Assembly: GCA_964252035.1 (NCBI GenBank)
Contig: OZ176206.1
Source: Podarcis erhardii
Lineage: Eukaryota
DNA length: 64,000 nt
Strand: one strand, 5' to 3'
This document shows positions 1-10,764 of the stretch, piece after piece. Numbering within the stretch: position 1 is the first letter of the stretch; each line of letters starts with the position of its first letter. The notes beneath the pieces were generated by a model that was not told where the DNA came from, did no database searches, and saw nothing but the letters and a program-made list of their open reading frames with translations. The translations under genes and the position numbers were made by a program.

Positions 1-83
1 TGGCAGCATTGTTAAGGTGCAGCACTCCAGTGTTTTCAACGCCATCCTTCCACAATTTTCTGGTGTTATCATGATTATCATAC
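1..83 (-). CDS. Candidate internal coding exon of an unidentified gene (runs off the window start)
   Basis: Minus-strand acceptor TTTCATTGCAG|G at 84-85 with CCCTAAC about 45 nt upstream. Open frame YDNHDNTRKLWKDGVENTGVLHLNNAA; a second frame (GMIIMITPENCGRM...) is also open. Protein not recognised. Confidence 0.4.
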
Positions 84-480
84 CTGCAATGAAACTCAGT
101 TGTAGCAACAGTTTGTTCACAGTGTACCGTTAGGGCTTTCAAGAGGAAATGCTTCCTTTTAAGTAGAAAGCTTACAGCACAAAGCTTCAGGCACTTTCAC
201 TCTTGGTCATTTGGGCTGTGGGATTAGTGCAGAATTGCCCCTCACTTAGTCTGTTTTTGTCCCCTGCAGGGAAGAGGTACAAAATTACTCACTTATTTTG
301 TTTCCCCCCTCCTTCCTACCCATTCTATTATAGAGAAATAGCAATATTTTTGGCCCTGGGGAGGACAAAGGCTGACTAAATAAAGGGCAGTTAATGGGGA
401 AATTAGTTCTGACTCCCACAGCCTCACCAATATATATTTATTGTTCTAGCCAAAGCCATGACAAAACCACAACTACAGTA

Positions 481-704
481 CAGTGGTACCTTGGTTCTCA
501 AATGCCTTGGTTCCCAAACACTGAAAACCCAGAAGTAAGTGTTCCGGTTTTCAAACATTTTCGGAAGCCGAACATCTGATGCAGCTGTTAGCTATTGTTT
601 CCGGGGTGCCTGCACCAATCAGAAGATGCTCCTTGGTTTTCAAGCATTTCGGAAGTCAAATGGACTTCCAGAACAGATTAAGTTCAAGAACCAAGGTACC
701 ACTG
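481..704. mobile_element. Tc1/mariner (Tigger-like) MITE
   Basis: TIRs CAGTGGTACCTTGGTTCT / AGAACCAAGGTACCACTG with TA on both sides (479-480, 705-706). Confidence 0.85.
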
Positions 705-1152
705 TACTTGGCGCTTTTGGTTTTGCTATTTATTTTGCGTTTTTGTTTTAGAGGCTTTTTTTGTTAATTTGTTTTTGTGACTGTGTGGAACCCAGTTCAG
801 CTGACTGATTGATTGTGTGACTGCAGAAATGGATAAAAGTCCCCCCTCCAAAAATGACTATCATCAGAGGAAGTAAGAATTTTTTTTTTTTAAATTTTCA
901 TCGTCTACAATACTGTCTTATTTATTTTATAGTACAGTACATTGATTATTGCTTTCATTTTATGGCTCAGTGGTCTTGTTAGAGAGTAAAATTCATGTTA
1001 AATTGCTGTTTTAGGGGTTGTTTTTAAAAGTCTGGAACGGATTAATCCATTTTGCATTACTTTCTATGGGAAAGTGCGCCTTGGTTTTGGAATGCTTTGG
1101 TTTTGGAATGGACTTCTGAAATGGATTAAGTTTGAGAACCAAGGTACCACTG
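705..1152. mobile_element. Extension ending in a second right TIR of the same Tc1/mariner family
   Basis: GAGAACCAAGGTACCACTG+TA recurs at about 1134-1154, with subterminal sequence similar to 655-704. Confidence 0.7.
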
Positions 1153-1322
1153 TATCAATAAAATAATACAGATCATGCATCCAGAATATAAACCAAATTC
1201 CATGATGTTGGAGAGAGGCTACCAGAGACACCAACAAACTCAAATCCATCTTGATTTCAAATTAAACATCTGAATCACCACAACAATTGATTAGCAATTT
1301 ACTCTAACTCGTTTTTTCTTGA

Positions 1323-1730
1323 TTTTTTTATTTGTTTATTTATTTATTTATTTGCAGTCAGTGCATAGTGGGCCACTCTGTGTGTTACAAAGCTATTAAC
1401 TGTCACTCAAAAGAAACTGGACCATGTCTGCCAGGGTGGACCTGCTTGCTTGTGTGAACATGGATTTCAGAAAGCGATCTCTTGGATCTCTATATAAGGG
1501 GCAGGCTAACAGAAAATGAGCGACGTCTTCCACCTGAGGCTGACCACAAATACAAAGTTTGTCTGCATACAGGACCTTACTGTAGTGGCCATCTAAGACT
1601 GCTGTGGGCTTCACTTGAAAATGTGGCTTAATAAATGCATTTCTTAAGGAAGCTGGTGAGAGTTTGGTCAGATAACTAGCTCTAAAATGCTTTGTTTGCA
1701 AGATCTGCTGTATAAAAACTATCATAAATG
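1323..1730 (-). mobile_element. Non-LTR retrotransposon 3' fragment (ORF2 C-terminal CCHC knuckle; clade uncertain)
   Basis: Minus ORF contains LCICGQPQVEDVAHFLLACPLYRDPR, stops at 1396 and is followed by a (TAAA)n-like tail at 1323-1352. Confidence 0.7.
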
Positions 1731-1744
1731 GGAAGTTACCAGTG

Positions 1745-2210
1745 CCCACAGACTTCAGGGGTAAAAAGTAGGAGAGCAAGCTTGCCAAAACCAGTCTCTT
1801 CATCTAGGCAATTGCAAGATTAGCTGGCCACTTCAGCACCAGGATTAACATCACCAGAGAAGTTGCCCTATGCCAAAGGGGAAGTGGGTGGGTCTTACCC
1901 CTCACCTGGCTGGTAGTTAGAACAGTGATAGCCAGGGTTATTGTGCGTGAGCTAAGCAGCAAGAAAGTAAACTGAGAAACTGGATACACATGCAGGCTTG
2001 ATTTGTGCTGGAATCTAAGGCTGTGATGAAGGGAGAAGCAAATTCTGCTGTGGTGCTAATGCTGAGAGCCCCTCCATCTTAGGTTCAGGCTTTATATATG
2101 TGTAAATAAACCACATATCCTAAAGTCACCACAGTCTCTGCTGACCTTCATTCCAAGGAAACCGATTCTGGAACCGCTAGAATCTCTCACATTTTGGAGA
2201 TTGGGTGGTG
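1745..2210 (+). repeat. Old interspersed repeat, LTR-like (family D in this report)
   Basis: Reverse complement aligns by eye to 12022-12090 and 58352-59330; AATAAA at about 2105. Confidence 0.55.
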
Positions 2211-3233
2211 TGTAAAATCTAACTACCCATTCACCCTCCTAGTTTATCCCTTTATTCCACCTTCCTTTCTGTTGTTCCTTTTAGTTTGTATTCTCCAGCT
2301 GCAATGTTATGCTTGTAAGTCCTATTGACCCCAATGGGTCTTGCTTCTGTATACACGGCAATAGGATTCCCCTGCCCACCTCCCTTTTCTCTCCTCTTGT
2401 TCCTTCTCATTTCAAAGCAGGCAATTCTCTCCCCTTTATGTAAAATGCAACTTCCCCAGATGCAAGGCTCTGAGTAATTACCACCCCATCACTTTCCTTT
2501 TCGAAGCTCCTTGATTGCATATTGCTTATTCCAGTCTATTAATTTTCTTGTCTTGCTCCTTTTCATCCTGGCTTCTGTTCTTTCCATTCTCCTGACTGTG
2601 TCTGTCCCCACTAATGATCTCCTAGCTAAATCACATACAGCCTCTTGCCCATTCTTCTTCTTTTCAATCCATCTTCTACCTTTGATATGATTGATTTCTC
2701 TTCCTGATTTGCCTTTCAGTGCCTGAAGAGTCCAGCAAGTTTAGTCAGCCAGCCAGAAACCAGTTAAGGCACTTTCTCCAACCAGATCTACTCAAATGAT
2801 TTCCCCTTCTCTAGCCAAATTCAAGATTGCAAAACAACAACAACAACAACAACAAACCCACACATCTGCCCTGACACACCTGCAAGGGCACATTAGGTCT
2901 AGAGGACGTTGTGTTGGGACACTAGTGGAGGGAAAGGCAGACAAATGGAGGGAGGTGGTAACATTTTCCTGAAGGTTTTTTTCCTGGTGGTGGCCTATCT
3001 AAGTGTCTGAGGACAGGATTAGATGAGGTGGCTGAGGGGCAGGTAGACAATTTTAACATTTTTAGTTTTAATGAAGCATTGTGGCAAGATCAATCCATGG
3101 CCATAAATGAGAACCATTTATTGCTGCCCATTGAGATCTAAACAAAACCAAAAGCTCAAGAGAAGGCCGCTTGGAATACCAAGGAAGAACATTTGCAGCA
3201 TTATGTACCCAAATTGAATTTATATTCTATATA

Positions 3234-3988
3234 GAGAGCCAGTGTGGCACAGTGGTGAGGGTGTCAGACTAGGACCCAGGAGACCAGGGTTGAACTCTCC
3301 ACTCCACCATATGATGCTTACTGGGTGTGACGTTGGGCCAGACACTGCCTCTCAGCCTAACCTGCCTCGCAGGATTGTTGTGGGGATTATAAATGAGGAG
3401 GGGGAGAATAACCATGTGAGCCAGTGTCATGAATGAGACAGCTCCCAGTGAAGGTTTGCAGCCAACTGAAGAAAGCAGCCAGGAACAGAGAGAGTTAACT
3501 GTCATGCAGGATAAACATTGACTGTTACCAACTCCCCCGCCCCTTGGAATGCCGATTGATAAAGGAATGGCTGAGAGCCGGCGGGAACCCAGCCCAAGCT
3601 CTCAGGAAGTTCCAATAGGCAGGGACAGAGAAGGAAGTAGTCTGTCCAAACGGGAAGAGATTGGAGCTGATCCAATCCCTCCTAAGAGTCGGCTAAGGGG
3701 ATGGCTGTTAGACAGGAAGCAAAACAAGAAATCTAAGCTACGCAAGTTCAATATATTCCACAAAATCTGGAAGGGACCTTCAGAAGGGTCGTCTTGAATA
3801 ATGATGACGGTGGCTTTGTCAGAGCCATCCAGAGCTATCTGTTTGTTTTTGCAATAAATCTCCTTTTTTAATTAGCTACGCTTAGTGTGTTATCATGCTG
3901 GGAACTTGGACTCCTGACAGCCAGCTTGAGCTTCTTGGAGAAAAAGGTGGGTTATAAATGCAATCAATCAATCAATCAATCAATCAAT
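3234..3988 (+). mobile_element. tRNA-derived Squam/CORE-type SINE interrupted by a solo LTR
   Basis: tRNA-like head GCCAGTGTGGCACAGTGG..., core GGGCCAGACACTGCCTCTCAGCCTAACC, resumes at 3925 and ends in (CAAT)7. Confidence 0.75.
3425..3919 (+). mobile_element. Solo LTR (family A, Gypsy-like by inference)
   Basis: TGTCA...TGACA termini, perfect 5-bp TSD GCCAG (3420-3424, 3920-3924), AATAAA at 3853. Confidence 0.9.
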
Positions 3989-4649
3989 AGCCAGCCCTTT
4001 ACCGTAAGGTCCCAGGGCAGGTTACAACATTAAAACACAATATTAAAAGCAGTTTAAAACAAATGACAGTCACAACATGTATATCATATGTCCTAAAAAT
4101 ATGCCATGTTAGCAGCAACAAATTGGAAAACAATTTTTTCATCATCATCATTTTTAATTTGTATACCATCTTTCTACCTTACAATACGCAAGGCGGTTTA
4201 CAAGCTGAAGAAACAAAAAATGTACATCTTATAACAATCTAATGCAATACAAAAATGTGATAATAAAACATAACTTTAAAATAGGCAACCTACATCAAAA
4301 AGCAACATTCAACAATCATTAGAATAGTATTATATAATAATAATAACATATAAAAGTTAAGCAGAAATCTACTCAACAGTTACAATAAATAATTTCTAAA
4401 CTATAATCAATAAAACAATGGCAAGCCAAAGTACATAAAATAATACAATACAAATTGAGAAGCAGAGACAAGAGAGTGGGACAAGGCAGGTGGAAGGAGG
4501 CCTTGCCTGATGGAGTCTCTCCCCTCACAGTTCTTCCTCCAGGCACAGCTTCCTTATGAGGAGTCCCAGGGCCAGAGGGTGGGGCAAAACCAATTGCAAT
4601 TTTAAACTTTTTGAACTAAAGAGAAAATAAATTTGAACCCAGCCATGGC

Positions 4650-4653
<4 letters not shown>

Positions 4654-4689
<36 letters not shown>
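4654..4689. repeat. (GT)18 microsatellite
   Basis: Seen directly. Confidence 0.95.
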
Positions 4690-4692
<3 letters not shown>

Positions 4693-4739
4693 AAATGCAG
4701 CCTCAGCAGTCTTTATTCTGATTGCTACTTCTGTCACTG

Positions 4740-5110
4740 ACGTACAGTAGCGGAAGCTGAAATTCAATTTGGGGGTTGTCAGCTTGGTAAATGGTATTCT
4801 TTAGGGGTGATCTCCTAGTAAATACACTTAAACTCTAAATTAGAGAGCAAGATTGCTCAGCCAGGGAGCTGTTTGTGGGAGCTCAAGGGGGGCTTCTCGA
4901 CAGAAGAGGTGTCACATTAAGAACGCTAATGCCAAGGATGAAAAATGGCCGTTTTCCATCAAACGGCTTAGCGACGTCGCTTCTTATTGCGTGGCTTTGC
5001 AGACAGATGTTCTGAACCGCAAAGATGCCTTAGAGTCAGCAGTTGCAAGCATAATCGAGCATGGGGTGATTTCAACGAGCAAAATAACCTCAGTGGTGTC
5101 GAGGTTGGGA
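4740..5110. promoter_or_regulatory. CpG-retaining unique block, possible cis-regulatory element
   Basis: About 13 CpG in 370 bp versus AT-rich, CpG-poor flanks; 12-bp palindrome AGCGACGTCGCT at 4970-4981. Confidence 0.3.
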
Positions 5111-5334
5111 TTTTAAATGCCTTTGCTGCCTAGAGGCTACTTATAGGTTATTGTAGGGATCTGTCTGGAACAAAGGAATGGTCTCAAAAGTATGCAAATC
5201 CCAGAGCTGCTCAGGGGCAGTATAGGTTGCAGTGGAAATGTACAACAAAAATGAACCAGAGCACTTGCCCATCCATCCTGAAATTGCATATGTCAGCCTT
5301 TCCTAATCTGGTGCCCTCCCAATGAAACCACAAG

Positions 5335-5470
5335 AGGGGGTGGAACTCTTGTACTCAGGTCCTGCTTGTAGGTTTCCCACTGGGGCATCTGGCTGGCCAA
5401 TGTGAGAACAGGATACTGAATTAGATGAACCATTGTTCTGAACCAGCAGGCTTTTCTTATTTTCTTACAT
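5335..5470 (+). mobile_element. CR1 LINE 3' end fragment
   Basis: CAGGTCCTGCTTGTAGG...GGCCAATGTGAGAACAGGATACTGAATTAGATG...TTTTCTTAT matches the other CR1 tails in the window. Confidence 0.65.
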
Positions 5471-5896
5471 TGGATTTTGTCTGAGTTAAGCTTCTGGGGG
5501 CGGGGGGTGTTACATCAAATGGGTCTGTGTGTTGCTTTATGTGGGGAGAAGTACTTTTCCTTGCTTGTTTCTGTATTTGGCTGCCAGGAAATTAAGAGCC
5601 AAATTTGTGGCTCAACTCTTTTTTTCCCTTTCCTATGGCTTATAGCTTTTGTTGTTTGTTGGATTCCAACTCCCATCAGCCCCAGCCAGCATGGCCATCG
5701 AGGATAGTGAGAGATGTCATCCACCAAAGTTTGGAGGGCAGTAGGCTGGGGAAGTCTGGCATACTCTGATTAGAGGTGGCTCTCCAAAAGTCTTCTCCCA
5801 TCTCTCACTCTGGCCCAGACGATGGTGGAACAGGAGGCAAAGGAGGAACAGCAGACATGCTTGCTCACCAGTTCTCTGCTTAGCAAACAAGCAAAT

Positions 5897-5950
5897 GGTG
5901 GTGGTGGTGGTGGTGGTGGTGGAGGAGGAGGAGGAGGAGGAGGAGGAGGA
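5897..5950. repeat. Compound (GGT)8(GGA)10 microsatellite
   Basis: Seen directly; it explains the poly-Gly and poly-Pro ORFs in the track. Confidence 0.95.
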
Positions 5951-6242
5951 GCAAGAGCAGCTGGTGATAATGACAAAGAAGTGGTGGACTCACTGGGGAC
6001 TGTATCTTACCCAAGAACATAACAGTTCAGTGAGTGCTTGAGGCTCACGAGAGCAAGAGCATTCAGGACCTTGGACAGCTCCAACAAGCCCATCTAAGCT
6101 AGCCATAGAAGCGGTAGTCTCTGGAAGTAGCTACTGTATAGCCAACTAAAGTCTTATGTAGTAGGCAGGCCAGTCACGGAGTAGGGTGAGATCCACTTCT
6201 CTGGAAGATATGGCTAACTAGATAAAGGGGCTTTGCCTTATT

Positions 6243-6310
6243 ACATAGAATCATAGAACTGTAGAGTTGGAAGGGACCCAAAACGTCATCTAGTCCAACC
6301 CCTGCAAGGC
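6243..6310 (-). mobile_element. CR1-type 3' tail fragment
   Basis: CATAGAATCATAGAACTGTAGAGTTGGAAGGGACCC...CATCTAGTCCAACCCCTGCA. Confidence 0.7.
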
Positions 6311-6517
6311 AGTTTTTTACTTCTGCAAGGTTGGGGAGATAGGGACACTGCACCAGGGCCAGCTCTAAAGTGAACCAGGGTGAAGCAGGTGTCTCAATGG
6401 AAAAATGAGCAGGATGGCACTTTTGAATCAGGGTTCTGACTCACTGTGTGTGAAAACTCCTCTTGCCAACATAAAGCCTTTCATCTTCAAGATGCTACAG
6501 AATGGTAGAAAAGTTAC

Positions 6518-6560
6518 CACAGAGTGACAACGTAATTCCTGCATTTAATGTTGGTTTCAC
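6518..6560 (-). CDS. Candidate 43-nt coding exon of an unidentified gene
   Basis: Long pyrimidine tract ending CCTCTGTGTAG|, donor GTG|GTAACT. Frame (G)ETNIKCRNYVVTL(W) joins in phase with the exon at 83-1. Confidence 0.4.
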
Positions 6561-7509
6561 CTACACAGAGGACACATGGGGGAGGTGGAACAGAGGGGGG
6601 GGAGGGGGAGGCTAAGAGGGCCTTTGAAGGCCCTGGAAGGAGGATTATGGAAATAGAGTGGTTTTAGGATGGGATTTGACATGACAAGGAGTGTCGGAAA
6701 AACTTTGGGGAGAGGAGAGTGTGCCGGGACCAGAGGAGATGGGCCAGAATACTTAGAAGCATCAGCTGACGAACAAATTGCAGGGAAGAGTGGCTGCCCC
6801 CCTCTCTTTCACACATGCGGGCACTCAGGAGGGGATTCTAAATGCAAGCCTCAGAACTTTGACATGCCGTCAGAAACCCCAGAAAGGCTTTGCTCTGTCT
6901 CTCTCAAGCTTTAAATAATTTGTTTCAAGTCACTTACTGCGCTCTGCCCTGGACCAAGGCAACCCTCACAAATCTCGCCTCTAATGGCGGGGCTTGCAAC
7001 ATTCATCACCTGCTCTTCAGAGGGTTGACTCTGGGGCAGTTTTTCCAATTCCTGTCATCCTCCATATGGCTGGACTTTTGGCTCCATTCCTCCCTCTAAG
7101 CTAGACATGTCAATTGTCCCTTATTTCTGGTCCTGATAAAAGGTGGCCCCAATTTTGCTTTTTCTGTGTGTGCATGCTTCTAAAGTGTGCTAGGATCCCC
7201 TCCACTTCACCCCCTCTAACCACTCCCTCTTCAAGAAATGAAGTTTGCAGAATGTGTATGAGCAGCAGTTCTTCTGTAACTAATGCAACCATATCCATTG
7301 TGATGCTAAATCATTTTACATTTCAAAACATGAAATCCCCAAGAGGGCTAGAAAGCGAGCTATAGACTTAAAAGAAATGAAGGTGGTGAAGAAGAAGGAT
7401 TACCAGCCAGTATAGCATCCTGGCCTGTGGCAAGTGAAATTAACACTTCCTCCCCTGCATTACACTGATCACACTCCCCTGCATTACACTGATCACACTC
7501 CCTCTCACT

Positions 7510-7757
7510 CCTCTCTGCCCCTACAGAGACGCACACCGCATGCTATGAGTTGCTCCTCGAAGTCAAGTCGCAACTGTATTAACTGTATTAACTGTATTAA
7601 CGGTTTTAAGAAAAAGGAAACAAACTTGCAAGACGTTTCCGTCTTGCGAAGCAAGCCCATAGGGAAAATCGTCTTGCGAAGCAACTCAAAAATGGAAAAC
7701 CCTTTCGTCTTGCGAGTTTTCCATCTTGCGAGGCATTCGTCTTGCGGGGCACCACTG
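7510..7757. mobile_element. Tc1/mariner-type MITE, right part only
   Basis: Repeated CGTCTTGCG subterminal motifs ending TTCGTCTTGCGGGGCACCACTG+TA; left TIR not found. Confidence 0.7.
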
Positions 7758-7763
7758 TACATG

Positions 7764-10323
7764 ATGGCGTTGCAGATTTCGAGCTGGAATGTGAATGGGC
7801 TGAATTCCCCGGAAAAAAGGCAGAGAGTCTTTCATTTATTGAAAAAAAGAACATTTGGACTTGATTTGTTTACAAGAAACACATGTGATAAGGCTACATA
7901 GGAAGATATTGAGTAATAAAAGATTGGGCCAATAATTTATTTCATCAGATAAAGTTAAAAAAAGAGGAGTGGTCCTTTATGCAAAGGAGAGCCTATCACC
8001 GAAATTTATATTTAAAGATGACCAAGGAAGATTTATTGCAATTGAAATTCAATCACAAGGAGAGAAATTCCTAATTGTAGGTATTTATGCACCAAATGAA
8101 GGCAAATCGGAGTTCTTTAAGAAGCTACATGAGTCTTTGATGGATTATATGGACTACAACATGATCTTGATGGGAGATATGAATGGAGTGGTGTCTACAA
8201 ATATGGACAAGGCACAGAGACAGGTAGTCAACAAAGATGGCAGACTACCTAAAACTTTCTTTGACATGACGGGCAGACACTTGTCTGACAACACGAGGAA
8301 TATAATTAATATTCTAGAAAAATTACAAGTGTATATCAATATCAAGGTAGTTATGATATTTGTGGATGCAGAGAAAGCCTTTGACAACATCTCATGGAGT
8401 TTTATGAAGAAGAATCTACAGGGAATGGGGGTAGGCCAAGGTTTTGAAAATGGTATAGGTGCAATTTACTCAGAACAAAAGGCAAAATTAATTGTGAACA
8501 ATGTGGTGACAGAAGAATTCAAGATTGAGAAAGGGACACGACAAGGTTGCCCAATCTCTCCATTGCTCTTTATATCGGTCCTTGAGGTCTTGTTAAATAT
8601 GATTAGAAAGGGCCAAGAGGTTAAAGGTATACAAGTGGGAGTTAAACAGTACAAACTGAAAGTATTTGCTGATGACTTAGTGTTGACTTTACAGGAGTCA
8701 GAATCTAGTACTAAAAGGGTATTGGAACTGATTCAAGAATTTAGACAGGTAGCAGGCTTTAAGTTGAACAAGATGAAAACTAAGGTTTTAGAGAAAAATT
8801 TAACTGTGAATGAGAGAGAAAAGTTTCAGGAGGAGACAGGATTAACATTGTTTAAGAAAGTGAAATATTTAGGGGTTAATATGACAGCCAAAAATGTGAA
8901 TTTATTTAAGGATAATTATGAAAAATGTTGGACTGAAGTGAAAAAGGATTTAGAAATATGGACAAATTTGAAGTTATCATTGTTAGGCCGATTTGCTGTG
9001 ATAAAAATGAATGTGCTGCCAAGGATGTTGTTTTTGTTTCAAACATTGCAAATTTTGGATAAGATGAATTGTTTCAAGAAGTGGCAGAAAGATATTTCTA
9101 GATTTGTCTGGCAGGGCAAGAAGCCTCGAATAAAATTTAAGATATTAACCGACGCTAAAGAAAGAGGTGGATTTGCCCTGCCAGACCTTAAACTATATTA
9201 TGAACCAGCTGCTTTTTGCTGGCTGAGAGAATGGCTGCTTCTTGAAAACACTGACGTGTTGGATTTAGAAGGTTTTAATAATGTATTTGGTTGGCATGCA
9301 TATTTGTGGTATGATAAGGTAAAAGCACATAAAGCATTTAAAAATCACATTGTTAGGAAAGCATTGTTTAATGTTTGGATAAGATATAAGGATTTGTTAG
9401 AAAAGAAAACCCCAAGATGGTTGTCACCAATGGAAGTGAAGGCACAGAAAAAACTCAATATGGAGGCCAAATGGCCAAAATATTGGGAAATTTTGGAGCA
9501 AGATGGAGACAGAATAAAATTGCAGAGTTTTGAAAAATTGAAAAATAAAGTGCGAGATTGGCTTCATTATTACCAAATAATGGAGGCATATAATTCGGAC
9601 AAAAAAGTTGGCTTCCAGGTGGAAAAATCAAAATTGGAAACAGAATTGTTTGATCCAAAAACCAAGCAGTTGTCAAGAATGTATAACTTGTTACTGAGAT
9701 GGAACACTCAGGATGAAATGGTGAAATCAGTTATGATTAAATGGGCACAAGAGGTTGGACATAACATAATGATGGCTGACTGGGAACAGTTATGGACCAC
9801 AGGTATGAAATTTACGGCATGTAATGCCCTAAGAGAAAACTTAATGAAAATGATTTACAGGTGGTACCTGACACTAGTCAAGCTTGCAAAAATTTACCAT
9901 TTGCCCGATAATAAATGTTGGAAATGTAATGAGATTGAAGGTACATTCTTTCACCTTTGGTGGACATGCCCAAGGATTAAGACATTCTGGGAGATGATTT
10001 ATAATGAAATGAAAAAGGTATTCAAATATACCTTCCTGAAGAAACCAGAGGCCTTTCTCCTGGGCATCGTCAGCCAACTGGTGAAAAAGAAGGATAGAAC
10101 ATTTTTTATGTATGCAACAACAGCAGCAAGAATACTCATTGCAAAATATTGGAAGACACAAGATTTACCCACCCGGGAAGAATGGTAGATGAAGTTGATG
10201 GACTACATGGAATTAGCGGAAATGACTGGCAGAATCCGAGACCAGGGAGAAGAGTCGGTGGAAGAAGACTGGAAAAAGTTTAAAGACCTTTTACGGAAAT
10301 ACTGTAAAATTAATGAATGTTAG
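7764..10323 (+). pseudogene. Inactivated L1 ORF2 (endonuclease-reverse transcriptase)
   Basis: Frameshift in the A-run at about 7842-7848, TAA at about 7931, EN-to-RT deletion at about 8270, premature TAG at 10186. The second copy at 43951 shows the native stop is at 10321-10323. Confidence 0.9.
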
Positions 10324-10628
10324 AAAAATGTTGGAATGAAGTTATATGGCTTTAGTAGAAATGTTATAAGGAATTAAGTATAAATAGATTAATAGAGTAT
10401 TAAAGGGAAAATAAGGTTAGAATGTGTTAAGATAATTATAGGATTTAAAATAGAGGAAGATGGAAAGGAATTGCTGAAAAAATTAATAGAAGTGGAATAC
10501 AAAAAGGGAGGTGGGAGGAGGTCGCGGAAATAAGGGAATGAAAGATAAGATATTGAAATTATTTGTGCGTTTCAAATTGTGTTTGTTTTGTTTTGTTAGT
10601 TTAATGTTAGTGTTTTGTTAGTGTAATG

Positions 10629-10764
10629 CAGTGTTTCCCAACCTTGTGCCGCCAGCTGTTTTTGAACTACAACTCCCATCATCCCTGACTAGCAAGACCA
10701 GTGGCAAGGGATGATGGGAATTGTAGTCCAAAAACAGCTGGAGGCACAAGGTTGGGAAAGACTG
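10629..10764. mobile_element. hAT MITE inserted in the L1 3'UTR
   Basis: CAGTGTTTCCCAACCTTGTG / CACAAGGTTGGGAAAGACTG TIRs with perfect 8-bp TSD GTGTAATG. Confidence 0.92.

Noticed and set aside
2882-2923. 42-nt minus-strand exon candidate
   Set aside because: Splice signals are only moderate and it is not needed for phase continuity; likely chance.
5770-6022. Poly-Pro and poly-Gly ORFs
   Set aside because: Products of the (GGT)8(GGA)10 microsatellite; no splice or homology support.
7452-7499. Short direct repeats as CRISPR-like units (also 47567-47626, 63130-63175)
   Set aside because: Only two units each with no unique spacers; these are simple local tandem duplications in a vertebrate genome.
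7969-10188. 739-aa ORF as an active reverse transcriptase or host gene
   Set aside because: It is a disabled L1 ORF2: upstream frameshift and stop, EN-RT deletion and premature C-terminal stop.
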